Under the pieces are notes generated by a model. That model searched no databases. It was not told where the DNA came from and worked only from the letters and a program-made list of their open reading frames with translations. This document shows positions 46,234 through 56,207 of a stretch of DNA of 64,000 bases, in pieces; position 1 is the first letter of the stretch; every line of letters starts with the position of its first letter. Both the position numbers and the translations under genes were made by a program. The stretch comes from a virus (lineage: Duplodnaviria; Heunggongvirae; Uroviricota; Caudoviricetes), in IMG/VR virus record IMGVR_UViG_3300035180_000678. One strand, given 5' to 3'.

Positions 46234-46641
46234 TTACTGGGCCAAAAAATTCGACGTGTCAGCGAGAGCTTCGTCAACCTGATCCTTCACCCACGAGTAG
46301 GCGGGATTGGAGTACAGGTTCCGGAAGTCGTCCTCGGTGATGACCGGGTTGCCATCGAGCACGAGGTTCTTGGAGCCAGCCGAGACAGCGAGCAGGAGGC
46401 GAATGCCTTCTTCACGCATCACTTCGGCAGTGGGCTTTTCCTTCTTCGCTTGGCGCTTCAGGGCGCGGTTCTGCATCTCAGCAACAGCGTTGCGGTACTG
46501 CTTGGAAGCGGAGCCCCACAGGCTGACCGTCACAGGCTCCGTCTTGTCTTCGTCAGCGAAGAGCAGTTCACCCGAAACAGGGTGACGGAGTTGGATTTCG
46601 GTGTCCGCCTTGAGAGCGAGGGAAGCGAGGTCGAGCGTCAT
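46234..46641 (-). CDS. tail assembly chaperone G
   Basis: 135 aa immediately upstream of the TMP. The 3' end carries the TTTTTTG heptamer. Confidence 0.55.
   Translation of the reverse strand: MTLDLASLALKADTEIQLRHPVSGELLFADEDKTEPVTVSLWGSASKQYRNAVAEMQNRALKRQAKKEKPTAEVMREEGIRLLLAVSAGSKNLVLDGNPVITEDDFRNLYSNPAYSWVKDQVDEALADTSNFLAQ
46240..46252 (-). other. programmed -1 ribosomal frameshift slippery site (A-AAT-TTT-TTG-G) for G/GT
   Basis: The minus-strand sequence aattttttgg sits 3 codons before the G stop. The -1 frame reads FFGPVSESLSLYVRHLGW into the downstream ORF without a stop. Confidence 0.5.
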
Positions 46642-46726
46642 TTGATGTATGCCTTTCGTGGTAAGTAATGGAGTAGACCGTAGGGTCTTTCTTGACGTAG
46701 CTGATCTTTGCAGCTATCGTGTAGAG

Positions 46727-46748
46727 GCTGGGGGATTTCTCCCCCAGC
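46727..46748 (-). promoter_or_regulatory. intergenic stem-loop between major tail and chaperone genes
   Basis: gctggggga-tttc-tcccccagc, a 9-bp GC hairpin in the 125-nt gap after the major tail protein stop. Confidence 0.35.
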
Positions 46749-46766
46749 TTTCAACCGAAGTCAGGA

Positions 46767-47204
46767 TTAGACTTCGACGATGTCGGAAACGAGTTCCACC
46801 GTGCTCGAAGCAGCGGTCACTTGGTCAACAGAGCCGACCTTGTACTTGAAGTCCATCACGAGGCCCGTGAAGTAGAGCTTCTTGCCGTTCTGGAGCACCA
46901 TACGGAACGAGTAGGCCGTGTCCACACCGAGAGCGGTGAGGAACGCAGTCTGGCCCGCGTCCGAGAAGTCCCGGCCGAACTGGAACTGGAGGGAGCCGTT
47001 GTTGAACGAGCCCTTCAGCTTGATGATCCGGCGCGAACCAACCGGCGAGTGGTTGACAGTGTTGAAAGCCTTGCCCGCTTCGCCGAGGTCGGTCACTTCG
47101 CCGACGACAGTCCACGAGAGGGCGTTGTAACCCGTGGCGTCATACGTCGCGGGCAGAGTAGCGGACAGCGCAAGCGTCGAGCCCGCTGTGGTCATGACAG
47201 TCAT
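46767..47204 (-). CDS. major tail (tube) protein
   Basis: 145 aa. Position immediately upstream of the chaperone/TMP genes. Confidence 0.6.
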   Translation of the reverse strand: MTVMTTAGSTLALSATLPATYDATGYNALSWTVVGEVTDLGEAGKAFNTVNHSPVGSRRIIKLKGSFNNGSLQFQFGRDFSDAGQTAFLTALGVDTAYSFRMVLQNGKKLYFTGLVMDFKYKVGSVDQVTAASSTVELVSDIVEV

Positions 47205-47233
47205 GAGATTTCCTTTTGAGGGTTAAGCGTCGA

Positions 47234-47599
47234 TTACGCTTGGAACAGGAAGACGAACAGGCCAGCGAGCGAGGAAGTCGCAGTCACAGTGCCGTTGCCA
47301 GTGAGATACGCAGAGATGTCGTCAAGGTCAACAAACGTAGCACCGTTGTTGAGGACAGTGACGGCCTTGCCGCCAGCGGTGGAGAAAGTGCCGCCGCCGC
47401 CCGGAAGGTTGATCGGTGTGGGAGACGTGCCAACGAAGGTCACGGTCACAGTCGAACCAAGGTTCGGGTTGTATAGCATGGCGACCATACCTTGACCTTG
47501 CGCATAGGTGAAGGTATCGGAAGTCGTCATGGTTTGCTTGGTCACAGCAACAGGACCGTTCGTGCTGGTGACGCCAGTCGTGAAGGTAAGTGCAGCCAT
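47234..47599 (-). CDS. hypothetical structural protein (Thr/Gly-rich)
   Basis: 121-aa ORF within the tail/neck gene block. Confidence 0.4.
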   Translation of the reverse strand: MAALTFTTGVTSTNGPVAVTKQTMTTSDTFTYAQGQGMVAMLYNPNLGSTVTVTFVGTSPTPINLPGGGGTFSTAGGKAVTVLNNGATFVDLDDISAYLTGNGTVTATSSLAGLFVFLFQA

Positions 47600-47617
47600 T
47601 GGATTTTCCTTTCAGCG

Positions 47618-48028
47618 TTACGATTCGTAACGATACTTGACAAGAACTGGAACGATGACCCAACTTGCATCGTCGAGGATGGCCGGATCAATCGTAGGAG
47701 GTTGTTCAATGAAGACAGGCCCGTTCTTAGGGAGCGGACCGAAGAGAGATGCAATACTTTCCGCCAGAGCTTCCGCGATGCCCATGCCAGCACCCTGAGG
47801 ACACCACACATTGATCTGGAAGAGGCCGTAGCGACGTTGCTTGGTTTGGGCAACGTCCCGGCTCATGACCGTGTTGGGAATCAGGAAGCATTCAAGGAAC
47901 GGCGTCTCATCGTCAGCGGGCTTGTTGAAAGCCACGTTCTGATAAGAGACGATGATCGGAGGGGATTGGATTGCAGCCCAAGTAGCGAGCCGCGATTCAA
48001 GAGCGGCCCGGATGATTGGATTGCTCAT
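47618..48028 (-). CDS. tail terminator / tail completion-like protein
   Basis: 136 aa. Position and size are consistent with gpU-like terminators. Confidence 0.4.
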   Translation of the reverse strand: MSNPIIRAALESRLATWAAIQSPPIIVSYQNVAFNKPADDETPFLECFLIPNTVMSRDVAQTKQRRYGLFQINVWCPQGAGMGIAEALAESIASLFGPLPKNGPVFIEQPPTIDPAILDDASWVIVPVLVKYRYES

Positions 48029-48453
48029 TGGTACTTAGCGGCGACCGCTTGAATAGCACGCGCCACCATACGATAAGGCCCTTGGCGACCCGACCAGCCA
48101 TCTTCGATGGGCCAGCCGACTGCTTCGGCGCGATAGGCGTAGGGGACGTTGTTGGTGAAGGTGAGCTTCCCGTCCTTCCCGAAGAACGTACTACCGATGA
48201 CGGCAGCAATTCGAGACTTGCTTCCCGCTCCATCGGAGCTAGTGGAAGGGCTCAGTTCGTCGGAAAAGTCCCCAACCTCGGGATACCATTGATCGGCGAG
48301 ATGGCCGGTGGCATAGGGGCCGGGATTTGACGGAGAGGGCGTAAGATCGACGGTGAGGGTAAACAACTCCCGGGCGATCTTGTGAACGTCTGCATTGACT
48401 TTGGTCAGCACTGCATAGACGTTGTTGCTGACGGACGCAGCAAAACTAGCCAT
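48025..48453 (-). CDS. head-tail joining protein (HK97 gp10-like)
   Basis: 142 aa, overlapping start/stop with neighbours. In the neck gene block. Confidence 0.4.
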   Translation of the reverse strand: MASFAASVSNNVYAVLTKVNADVHKIARELFTLTVDLTPSPSNPGPYATGHLADQWYPEVGDFSDELSPSTSSDGAGSKSRIAAVIGSTFFGKDGKLTFTNNVPYAYRAEAVGWPIEDGWSGRQGPYRMVARAIQAVAAKYQ

Positions 48454-48506
48454 TTTTCTCCCAAGTGAATGAGATTATAGCACGGCCAGCACTGTTTGTC
48501 AATGCC

Positions 48507-48902
48507 TTACCGGCGCAAGTACAGGGAATACAGAATCGGCGTGGTGCCGTCCGGATTGGTTTCCTTGTACGAGACGATTGTGTAGGTGTAGGGGCCGACA
48601 GTCAGCGTGTCATTCACCACGTCGATAGGAGCGATGGACGTGCCACCAGTCTTCTCGGGAGGGATGAGATACGCTTCCTTGTCACCCGCAACCACTTCCG
48701 TGCCGTACTTCAGCGACGTACCGTTGCTCCGAAGCTGGAGGTCGGTAATCGCTACCTTGACCGTCTGCGATGTAGTGGTACGCGTAGCCTTGCCAGTGGC
48801 AGGGTTGTACGCGCCCACTGTGTACCGTGTGTATGTCCCAGTCCCGCCGAACTCCTGCACGATGGCAAGAGCCGCCGTGTCAAAGTCGTTAGATTGGTTC
48901 AT
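48507..48902 (-). CDS. head closure / head-tail adaptor-like protein
   Basis: 131-aa ORF in the neck gene block. Confidence 0.4.
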   Translation of the reverse strand: MNQSNDFDTAALAIVQEFGGTGTYTRYTVGAYNPATGKATRTTTSQTVKVAITDLQLRSNGTSLKYGTEVVAGDKEAYLIPPEKTGGTSIAPIDVVNDTLTVGPYTYTIVSYKETNPDGTTPILYSLYLRR

Positions 48903-49329
48903 TCACGATCACCGGAGAAGGAGCAGGGGTGTACGGATCAAACGGCACAACCACAGCACCACGTTCGTAGCCAGCCTTCCAGTTCTCGATGAACTGTTCG
49001 ATGGGATTCTCGACGCCCGAATCGACCACGTAAGGCACCGGAGCGATGCCAGAGAGGTGAGGGTTGAGAACCGTCATCTGAAGGAATTTGACGTAGTTGT
49101 CGAACTGTTCCGACGACCACGTTTCAAGTTGGGCCAGCTTGCGGTGTGTCTTTGCAGTCAGTGTCGCGAGGATGTACTGAGCACAAAGTTGACTCGCACG
49201 GATCACATTGTTGTTACAATCCGTGAGGGTCTGGTTGACTACCGTGTCAGGAAGGATCGGGATGTCGGACCAATCACCCACCCGAAGTCGGACCTTGCCG
49301 AGATTTGTGGACGGATCGATGGTCGTCAT
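48889..49329 (-). CDS. head-tail connector (gp6-like) protein
   Basis: 146-aa ORF in the neck gene block. Confidence 0.4.
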   Translation of the reverse strand: MTTIDPSTNLGKVRLRVGDWSDIPILPDTVVNQTLTDCNNNVIRASQLCAQYILATLTAKTHRKLAQLETWSSEQFDNYVKFLQMTVLNPHLSGIAPVPYVVDSGVENPIEQFIENWKAGYERGAVVVPFDPYTPAPSPVIVNEPI

Positions 49330-49338
49330 TGGAATCCT

Positions 49339-49773
49339 TTACGCGTAGCTGAGGTCGAGCAGGATGTCGCCAGCACCAATCGCGGTAGCGTCGTTGTCAG
49401 CGATACCCGCCACGACAGCGATGCCGATGCCGTTCGAGAAGCCGATGCCGTTCGGAATCGAAACACTGAGAGTGCCGGATGCCGGAATCTGGTATGTCTT
49501 CAGGGGCGTGTCAGACGCAGGAGCGGGAGCCGTCGCCTTGTTGTAGAGCTTCAGATACCGGATCGAAGCCACCGTGTTGATCGCGTTGATGACGAACACA
49601 CGCCCGGCTTGTGCCTTGACGTTTGCAGCGTTCGTATTCGCAGCAGAGAGGGCGTGAAGGTTGTTCGTGGCAAACAGCGGGACACCGTTCAGGTCAGCGG
49701 GAATGCTGCCCTCAGCGAATGTCGCAGGCGTCGTGCCAAGGTCGAACATCTTCAGCGTGGGAGATTGAGACAT
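49339..49773 (-). CDS. hypothetical structural protein
   Basis: Internal ATG (MSQSPTLK) with an AGGGGAAAACC SD just downstream of the capsid gene. Confidence 0.4.
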   Translation of the reverse strand: MSQSPTLKMFDLGTTPATFAEGSIPADLNGVPLFATNNLHALSAANTNAANVKAQAGRVFVINAINTVASIRYLKLYNKATAPAPASDTPLKTYQIPASGTLSVSIPNGIGFSNGIGIAVVAGIADNDATAIGAGDILLDLSYA

Positions 49774-49852
49774 TGGTTTTCCCCTAAACGAGAAAAGCCC
49801 CTCCCCGTCAGGAGGGAGGGGCTTCGCCAATCAAAAGCCCGAAGGCTCTAGA

Positions 49853-50866
49853 TTAGTTGGACGAGAAGAACTTGACCACGAGGTTCGGACGCAGGAGAGC
49901 GTTCACGAAGTTCGACTCGGATTCGAGGTCGATGCGCGTGCCGCTGAGGTTCTGAGTCTCGAACAGGTACACTTGTTCGCCGAGCGTGTTCACCAGACCG
50001 AAACGGTTGGCAGGCGAGAAGTACGTCTTGAACGTCGTGCTCGTGCCCAGCGGAACCATGTACGCTTCACCCGTGGGGATGAGACGCTGACCCGCGTAGG
50101 TGTCGCGCATTTCGATGAACTTCGTGCCGCCGAACTCGAAAGTGCGGTGCATCGAGAAGCCACCGAGGCGATCACGCAGCGGTTGCTGGTTGCCAGCCAT
50201 GTAATACTGGTAGGCAGTCTTCACAGCGGCGTGCGAGATGAGCTTCGCGAAGAATTCCGGCGAAGTCAGCACGACGGTGCCAGTCACGGTTTCACCAAAC
50301 GCGTAGTCTTGGATGCGGGCCGTGCCCTGTTCGATTGCGCCGATCACGTCGGTCGTCGAGGTGCCGAGCGTGAAGTCCACGGTCAGGCGGGTCACGCCGA
50401 ATTCAGCATTCCAGTCTTGCGACACGGTGCCGTTCGGAGCGTACACAGTACCTGCGACGATGGCCTTGGCGCGGGCGTATTCCAGCGTCCAAGCGTGGTT
50501 CTGGCGAATGCGCTCCATCTTGCGAGTGCGGACCAGTTCCAGCGTTTCCACGTTCATCGAGCCATAAGCACGCTTGCCTTGGAGGTCTTGCGGGCTGATG
50601 TAGTCGTCATACGGGAAGTGAGGCACAGCGAAGGTGTGCAGCTTGCGGCTGTAGTCCTTGCCCACGTTGCCACGGTCACCGCGCACACGGTCGAGCAGAA
50701 GCGCGCCGTCCTTGTCGATTTCCTCGAACACGACCACGTGTTCAGCAACAGGTTCTTCAGCGAAGAGGCCCAGTTGACCGATCGTGCCCCATTGGTTCGG
50801 GATGAACGAAACTTCCTGAGTCCAGTCTTGGACTTCAAAGCCGTTCGAGAAACTACGGATAATCAT
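49853..50866 (-). CDS. major capsid protein (lambda gpE-like family)
   Basis: 337 aa immediately downstream of the decoration and scaffold genes. Confidence 0.7.
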   Translation of the reverse strand: MIIRSFSNGFEVQDWTQEVSFIPNQWGTIGQLGLFAEEPVAEHVVVFEEIDKDGALLLDRVRGDRGNVGKDYSRKLHTFAVPHFPYDDYISPQDLQGKRAYGSMNVETLELVRTRKMERIRQNHAWTLEYARAKAIVAGTVYAPNGTVSQDWNAEFGVTRLTVDFTLGTSTTDVIGAIEQGTARIQDYAFGETVTGTVVLTSPEFFAKLISHAAVKTAYQYYMAGNQQPLRDRLGGFSMHRTFEFGGTKFIEMRDTYAGQRLIPTGEAYMVPLGTSTTFKTYFSPANRFGLVNTLGEQVYLFETQNLSGTRIDLESESNFVNALLRPNLVVKFFSSN

Positions 50867-50906
50867 TGTGATTGTTCCTTGTGGATGTTTAGATCGGGGT
50901 CAGGGC

Positions 50907-51323
50907 TTACAGGCCCGTTTCCACGAGGACCGGAGGCACGAGAGCAGCGAAAGCTGTCTTGCACGCAGAGACGGTCGGTTGGTTGGCAGCGCCGAAAGCG
51001 AGGCCAATGTCAGCGACGATGGCAGGACCGCGAGCGAGCACGATTGCCTTGGTGTCAGTCGCAGCAGCCAGCGTCAGCGGACCCGACAGGCCAAGACCGT
51101 CAGCGATGTAGATGGCAGCAGGGGTCTGCGAACCGTCAACAGCGTTGGTCTGGCAGACCTTGTACTTGCCAGTGCCCGTAACCTTGCCGAGCACGGTGCC
51201 CACAGCAAGAGTCGCAGCGATGTCGTTGATGATGATGGATTCGCGGCAGTATTGGCTCTGCGGCTCGAATTCCATCTTGACAACGCCACTCAGGCGTGTC
51301 GTGTCGGTGGAGAGAACAGTCAT
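50907..51323 (-). CDS. head decoration protein (gpD-like)
   Basis: 138-aa Gly/Ala-rich protein between scaffold and major capsid, as in lambda. Confidence 0.55.
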   Translation of the reverse strand: MTVLSTDTTRLSGVVKMEFEPQSQYCRESIIINDIAATLAVGTVLGKVTGTGKYKVCQTNAVDGSQTPAAIYIADGLGLSGPLTLAAATDTKAIVLARGPAIVADIGLAFGAANQPTVSACKTAFAALVPPVLVETGL

Positions 51324-51356
51324 TGTGTTTCCTTTTTCCTAGCTAGGGAGATGGGC

Positions 51357-51902
51357 TCAAGCGCCCTGAGATTGGTTTGCGCTGGCTGCGTACTTCTCGC
51401 GAAGAATCTTCATTTCCGCAGATTCGACAGCAGGAGCAGCGGCTTGGGCGGGAGAGGGTTCACCCGTCACACCGACTTCGGTGAAAAGCTTCGAGGAAGC
51501 TTCAGCCGACGCGCTGGTGACAAGAGCACCAATCACGCTGTCGAAAGCAGCATCTTCGAGATTGCTTGTCGCAGCGAACAGGGCGTCAGCCCGGGCCGTG
51601 CCGACAGCAGCAACGATCTTTTCCTTGCGTGCATTCGCCTTGGCTTCAGCAGCCTTGGCAACCATCGCAGCCTTCTCGGCAACAGCGGCTTCCACAGCAG
51701 CAGAAAGTTCAGCGACGCGAGCGTCAGCTTCCTTGACCGCAGTCAGCGCAGTTTCCAGCGCGGCGGACAGTTCAGCGGTTTGTGCCGAAGCTTCGAGCTT
51801 GAACGCGTCGAATTCGGCTTGGAGGGATGTGAGAGCTTCGGGCGCAGCGACTTCTTCGCCGCCAAACTTGCCGAGAAGCGTCTTCAGCATGGATTGCTTC
51901 AT
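51357..51902 (-). CDS. capsid scaffolding protein
   Basis: 181 aa, Ala/Glu-rich predicted coiled coil between the protease and decoration/capsid genes. Confidence 0.6.
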   Translation of the reverse strand: MKQSMLKTLLGKFGGEEVAAPEALTSLQAEFDAFKLEASAQTAELSAALETALTAVKEADARVAELSAAVEAAVAEKAAMVAKAAEAKANARKEKIVAAVGTARADALFAATSNLEDAAFDSVIGALVTSASAEASSKLFTEVGVTGEPSPAQAAAPAVESAEMKILREKYAASANQSQGA

Positions 51903-52777
51903 TGGTTTCCTTGGAGTGACGCGACGTAGGCCGCGAATTGCTTGTTGGTCATCACGGCGTTGGCGAGGCCCTTTTGCACAGCGGTTTCAGCGTCAAAGAC
52001 ACCAGCTTCAAACGAGCGAATGATCTTCGCGTCAATGCCGGTATTGGCTGCCACGTGTGCGGTGAACTCATCGTTCAGCCGGTCAACGTCAGCTTGAATT
52101 TCCTCAAGGAACGATTCCTTGAAAGAGCCGTCTGCATCGAAGGGCACCTTGTTCTCACCGGAAGTGATGAAGATGCGCTTCAGGCCCGCTTGCTCCATTG
52201 CCTTCGAGGTGTCGAGCAGAGAGACGACACAGCCGATGGAACCGAGCGAGGCAGAGGGATTGGCAATCACTACATCGCACACGCAGATCAACGCGTAGGC
52301 GGCGGAGCACGCCATCGTGTCGGCGTAGCCGATGAGTTGGATGTTGTTGTCGTCGCAGATGGCACGAATGTCATTTGCAGCTTGGAAACAGTGAGAGGCT
52401 TCGCCGCCACCCGAACTGACTTCCATAACGATGAGCTTGTGACCGGCTTCAGCCAGTTCCTCGAAGGTTTCAACGAGGGCTTGGTAGCTGGTTCCAACTT
52501 CACCGCACATCGACATGACCGGCTTGTACGTCAGGGTGCCATCAACGGAAACGACAGGAATCTGGTTCGTGTCGTCGTCAAGGGGAGACGGGCCGGGATC
52601 AACGTCGTCGTCCATCGACTCCTGATTGTCGTCGTCCAGAGGGACAGACGTAGGAGCGAAGAGCGGAGAGTTCCGTGCATCCAGATAATTGAGGATGAAG
52701 TGGAACTCGTCCGGGACGATCAAGTGAGGTGTGTTGTGAACCCGCGAAGCCAGCCGATAAAGGCTGTGAGGATGCAT
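51899..52777 (-). CDS. prohead maturation protease (S49/ClpP-fold)
   Basis: MEVSSGGGEA Ser-Gly-Gly nucleophile elbow. Acidic N-terminal extension. Immediately downstream of the portal gene. Confidence 0.7.
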   Translation of the reverse strand: MHPHSLYRLASRVHNTPHLIVPDEFHFILNYLDARNSPLFAPTSVPLDDDNQESMDDDVDPGPSPLDDDTNQIPVVSVDGTLTYKPVMSMCGEVGTSYQALVETFEELAEAGHKLIVMEVSSGGGEASHCFQAANDIRAICDDNNIQLIGYADTMACSAAYALICVCDVVIANPSASLGSIGCVVSLLDTSKAMEQAGLKRIFITSGENKVPFDADGSFKESFLEEIQADVDRLNDEFTAHVAANTGIDAKIIRSFEAGVFDAETAVQKGLANAVMTNKQFAAYVASLQGNQ

Positions 52778-52788
52778 TCGGGTTCCTG

Positions 52789-54309
52789 TTACGCAGAGTT
52801 GTTGGCGTTGTTGTCCGACTTGTTCTGCTTGCTGTTCTTGGCGGGGTTCTTTGCGGTGCCCTCGCCAGTCGTGCCTACCTCCATTCCGGCCCCTGCACCA
52901 CTGGATTGCCCAGTGAGAGTGGCGGGGAGGTTGTCCTTGTCCACAGGTTCGTCATCCGGCTTGAGCGGGATACCCATGATCTGACGCACACGGTTCAGAA
53001 CGTCTCGGTCAACTTCAATGGCGCTTGTCGAGAAGATGCGTTGAATGGCCTTCGAGAACTCTTCGAGGCTCACGTCTTCGATGTCCGCGTACACAAACTT
53101 TGCTGTGTTGCTTGCATCCCAGCCGTTAAGCTCGTACAATTGCCGCATCAGGTCGTTGTTCAGAACCTCAGCAATTTCACGAAGACGGTAGTCGATGGCG
53201 AGCGCGAGCACCGACGACTTCTGTTCCGCGAGGGAGAACGAGCCGGAACCGTCTGAGCCAAGCTTCAGAACGTCCACCGACAGGGCAGAGAGGATGTCAC
53301 CTTGAAGGCGACGGATCACGCTCTCCGTGTCGTACTTCGCCAGACCCTTCGACTCCATGAGGTCGTAGGTGAACAGCGGTTGCTTCGTCTCCGGGTCAAT
53401 CATGTTCGGGACCAGAAGACCCCGTTGAGTGCCCGCGTTGTAGTTGTCGATGATCTGCTGGAACGCTGCGACGACCGCTTGATCTTCCGGGGAAGCATTC
53501 GGGTCGAGGTAGCGAGGCGGAATCGCGATCTTCAGGATACCTTGCACGTCCTTGGTGATGCCAAGGAGTTCTTGATTCTGGAGCAACGCGAGTTGCTTGA
53601 ACGCAAGGTAGATGTTCTTGTAGATCGAATTGCCTTCCGGGTTACCCTTGGTAGGGCTCGCCGTGAACAGGAGAATCTTTTCCCGGTCAATCTTCAGCAT
53701 ACCCCGCTCGTCAAAGCGGTCTGCGAAGAGATAGGCATGTTCGACATATCGGAGGTTCTGTTCAACCGCGAGCAGTTCTTGACCGTCCGGGCTAAAGCAC
53801 CAACCACCAATGGTTTCTTGGCTTCGAGGGGCGAGCTTCTTGAGGCCAATCAAGCCGTCATCGAACTTAGAACCGTTTCGCTTGAGGCGACGACGGTAGA
53901 CCTTTTCGTTGATGGCAAACCCATATTCGAGATACGGGATGACGCTTTCAATGAACGTAGACCACGAGTGGTCCATATCGTCCATCATCGTCTTGATAAT
54001 GGCGGCTCGCGCCTTGTCTGTTTCTGTTGCGTTCGCGGGGGGTTCGATATCCCACTTCACGCGGGAAATCATCATCCGGTAGACGTTCATTGCAGCACCA
54101 ACCGTGGGGTTGTTGCGCATCTCGTTAACAGTCTGGATGAAGGCCGGGAACCGGAAGGCGGCTTGCGCCTCTTCTAGAATTCGTCGGTTGCTCGTCTTCA
54201 GGCCGAGGACACCTTGCTCACCAAGCTTCATGCGTGGGATAATGGCGTCCTGATCGGGCTGGAGAGCCGCCGTGGAGTCTACGCCCTGTGGCGTGCTCGC
54301 TTCAGGCAT
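52789..54309 (-). CDS. portal protein (lambda gpB-like)
   Basis: 506 aa with an acidic/basic C-terminal tail, between TerL and the protease. Confidence 0.75.
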   Translation of the reverse strand: MPEASTPQGVDSTAALQPDQDAIIPRMKLGEQGVLGLKTSNRRILEEAQAAFRFPAFIQTVNEMRNNPTVGAAMNVYRMMISRVKWDIEPPANATETDKARAAIIKTMMDDMDHSWSTFIESVIPYLEYGFAINEKVYRRRLKRNGSKFDDGLIGLKKLAPRSQETIGGWCFSPDGQELLAVEQNLRYVEHAYLFADRFDERGMLKIDREKILLFTASPTKGNPEGNSIYKNIYLAFKQLALLQNQELLGITKDVQGILKIAIPPRYLDPNASPEDQAVVAAFQQIIDNYNAGTQRGLLVPNMIDPETKQPLFTYDLMESKGLAKYDTESVIRRLQGDILSALSVDVLKLGSDGSGSFSLAEQKSSVLALAIDYRLREIAEVLNNDLMRQLYELNGWDASNTAKFVYADIEDVSLEEFSKAIQRIFSTSAIEVDRDVLNRVRQIMGIPLKPDDEPVDKDNLPATLTGQSSGAGAGMEVGTTGEGTAKNPAKNSKQNKSDNNANNSA

Positions 54310-54354
54310 ATATGGCTGCTCCTATCAGTTGAAAGCAATTATAGCATACAACCC

Positions 54355-55833
54355 TTAACTTGTCAAGGGCAGTTGGCCGGGATGGTAAGGAATTTGACTA
54401 GGTTGTGTCAAATTCGGGACCGCGAAGTTGGGAAGGTTCAGTTGACGGGAGAGGGTGTTGAAGGCGTCGGACGTGGCGTCCACTTGGTCGTCCTTCTGTC
54501 CACGGATACCCTCGAACAGTTCAAGCTCCGTCAGCCAAGCCTCATTCCAATCCCCTCGGACGATCCGTACAAACCCCGATTCGGCAAGCGTACAAAAAGG
54601 GGAGAATCGTGCAAGCTTGCCAGAGTGCCCGGAGACGACAACCGAGGTTGCGTTCACACCGTTCTCAGCAAGGTGTCGAAGCTGAAAGGCGTTGGCAGTC
54701 TTGCCGCCAGCGCCGGGATCGCGAGGGATCGTCACCTTGCAATCCTCCAGTCCATCCGAGTAGGCAGTGGCTGCGAGTTCCTTGATGACCCCGTCCGCGA
54801 GCTTACGGAAGCGGTTCACGTCCTCTACGTAGTAGAATCCGTCCTTGGCACGGCTCATCTTGACACCCGCCGTCCAGTCAGGATCGCGGTTCGTCTCAGA
54901 TGGAACGGAAGCTGCCAAGTCCCACGAACGAACCCGGGAGATGGGGTTGTTGGGAGGGTAATCCACAATCTCCACCCATTCACGCCGGAAACGGCCAGAG
55001 CCTTCAGCACGTGCCGTCCACGAGCCGTGGAGGTAACGAAGCTGGTTGACGCGAGGCTGCGACAGCAGGTTGGCGAGATAGCCGGGATTGTTCTTCAGTA
55101 GGATGGGGTTGTCATACACCGTGAGCGGAATGAACCGGAAACTCTTGGGCATGAAGTTGATAGGGCCGTTCGCGGGATCGCGATTCATGCCGAACTTCGT
55201 GCCGTACTCTTGCCACAGTTCTTCTACGCTCTCACCCCAGTAAACCTTACCACTGACGTTGATGAACCAACGAACACGATCTTCGGTGCCGCCGATTGGG
55301 ATACCCGTAGCTTCGTCCAGTGAGAACTTGACCCACTCGTACAGGAAGGACTCCCGGGAGGGGTTGCACGTCAGGATGATGCTCAGGTGGCCCTTGTAAC
55401 GCACCGCACGAAGCCGGGAGATGAGGAAGAGGATTTCATCCTCAGTGAACTCAGCCGCTTCGTCAACGAGGATGTGACTGGCCTGAAGGCCCTGCCACTC
55501 ACTCACAGGTTCAGGGATCGGGGCGAACTGGATGCTCGCGCCGTTCGGGAAGACCCACGTCGATGTCTGAACGAGGAACTTACCCTTGAAGTGCTTGTAG
55601 ATGCCCTTCGATTCGTCAATCAGACCCCCCGGAAGCTTCAGCATAGGATAGGAACGACGGACGATGATGACCCGGGCTGCCGGGTCGTTGATGAACTTGA
55701 GCGCCTTTGTAAGACAGGTGTGCGACTTACCGCCGCCAGCCCCGCCGCCGCAAAGAAGCACGTCCGTGGTGTCGTCGGTTAGAATGAGTCGCTGCTTTTC
55801 GCTGCATGGCCCGAAGACGGGACGTTCACTCAT
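54355..55833 (-). CDS. terminase large subunit
   Basis: Walker A LCGGGAGGGKSH and Walker B-like ILVDEAAEF, with a C-terminal nuclease region. Start taken at MSERPVF with a GGAGG SD. Confidence 0.85.
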   Translation of the reverse strand: MSERPVFGPCSEKQRLILTDDTTDVLLCGGGAGGGKSHTCLTKALKFINDPAARVIIVRRSYPMLKLPGGLIDESKGIYKHFKGKFLVQTSTWVFPNGASIQFAPIPEPVSEWQGLQASHILVDEAAEFTEDEILFLISRLRAVRYKGHLSIILTCNPSRESFLYEWVKFSLDEATGIPIGGTEDRVRWFINVSGKVYWGESVEELWQEYGTKFGMNRDPANGPINFMPKSFRFIPLTVYDNPILLKNNPGYLANLLSQPRVNQLRYLHGSWTARAEGSGRFRREWVEIVDYPPNNPISRVRSWDLAASVPSETNRDPDWTAGVKMSRAKDGFYYVEDVNRFRKLADGVIKELAATAYSDGLEDCKVTIPRDPGAGGKTANAFQLRHLAENGVNATSVVVSGHSGKLARFSPFCTLAESGFVRIVRGDWNEAWLTELELFEGIRGQKDDQVDATSDAFNTLSRQLNLPNFAVPNLTQPSQIPYHPGQLPLTS

Positions 55834-55953
55834 GAAACCTCCAAAAGAAACACCCCGCGACGGCGAACCGGGCGGGGCGGAATACACTCACCACTGCACT
55901 CCAGACAAGGAGAAAGAAGAAACCGAAGTGCAGAGGAAAGGATACGTGAATGG

Positions 55954-56026
55954 TGGGGTGACCGTGGGAATCGAACCCGTCTGCCGAGGTCACAACTCGG
56001 AGTGCTCGCCATTACACTAGGGCCAC
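55954..56026 (-). tRNA. tRNA-His(GUG)-like (weak T stem)
   Basis: Anticodon arm ccgag-TTGTGAC-ctcgg (GUG). Discriminator C with encoded CCA. 6-bp acceptor. T loop TTCGATT but only 3 GC pairs plus two A.C mismatches in the T stem. Confidence 0.35.
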
Positions 56027-56036
56027 GACAGAAATC

Positions 56037-56113
56037 TGGTCAGGGTGGGTGGGCTCGAACCACCGGCCTCAAGCTTCCAAAGCTCGCCGTCTACCAACTG
56101 ACATTACACCCTG
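56037..56113 (-). tRNA. tRNA-Pro(UGG)
   Basis: Perfect 7-bp acceptor cagggtg/caccctg with encoded CCA. T arm ggtgg-TTCGAGC-ccacc. Anticodon loop tttggaa. Confidence 0.55.
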
Positions 56114-56118
56114 AAATC

Positions 56119-56206
56119 TGGCGGAAGAAGTAGGAGTCGAACCTACGGGGCGTTGCCGCCCGGGACGTTAGCACCGTCCTGCAATAGACCACTCTGCCAT
56201 TCTTCC
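56119..56206 (-). tRNA. tRNA-Ser(GCU), long variable arm
   Basis: 88 nt. Acceptor ggaagaa/ttcttcc with encoded CCA. T arm gtagg-TTCGACT-cctac. Anticodon arm ggacg-GTGCTAA-cgtcc. 17-nt variable hairpin. Confidence 0.6.
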
Positions 56207-56207
56207 T

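Noticed and set aside
49973-51181. 402-aa plus-strand ORF
   Set aside because: Antisense to the major capsid and decoration genes.
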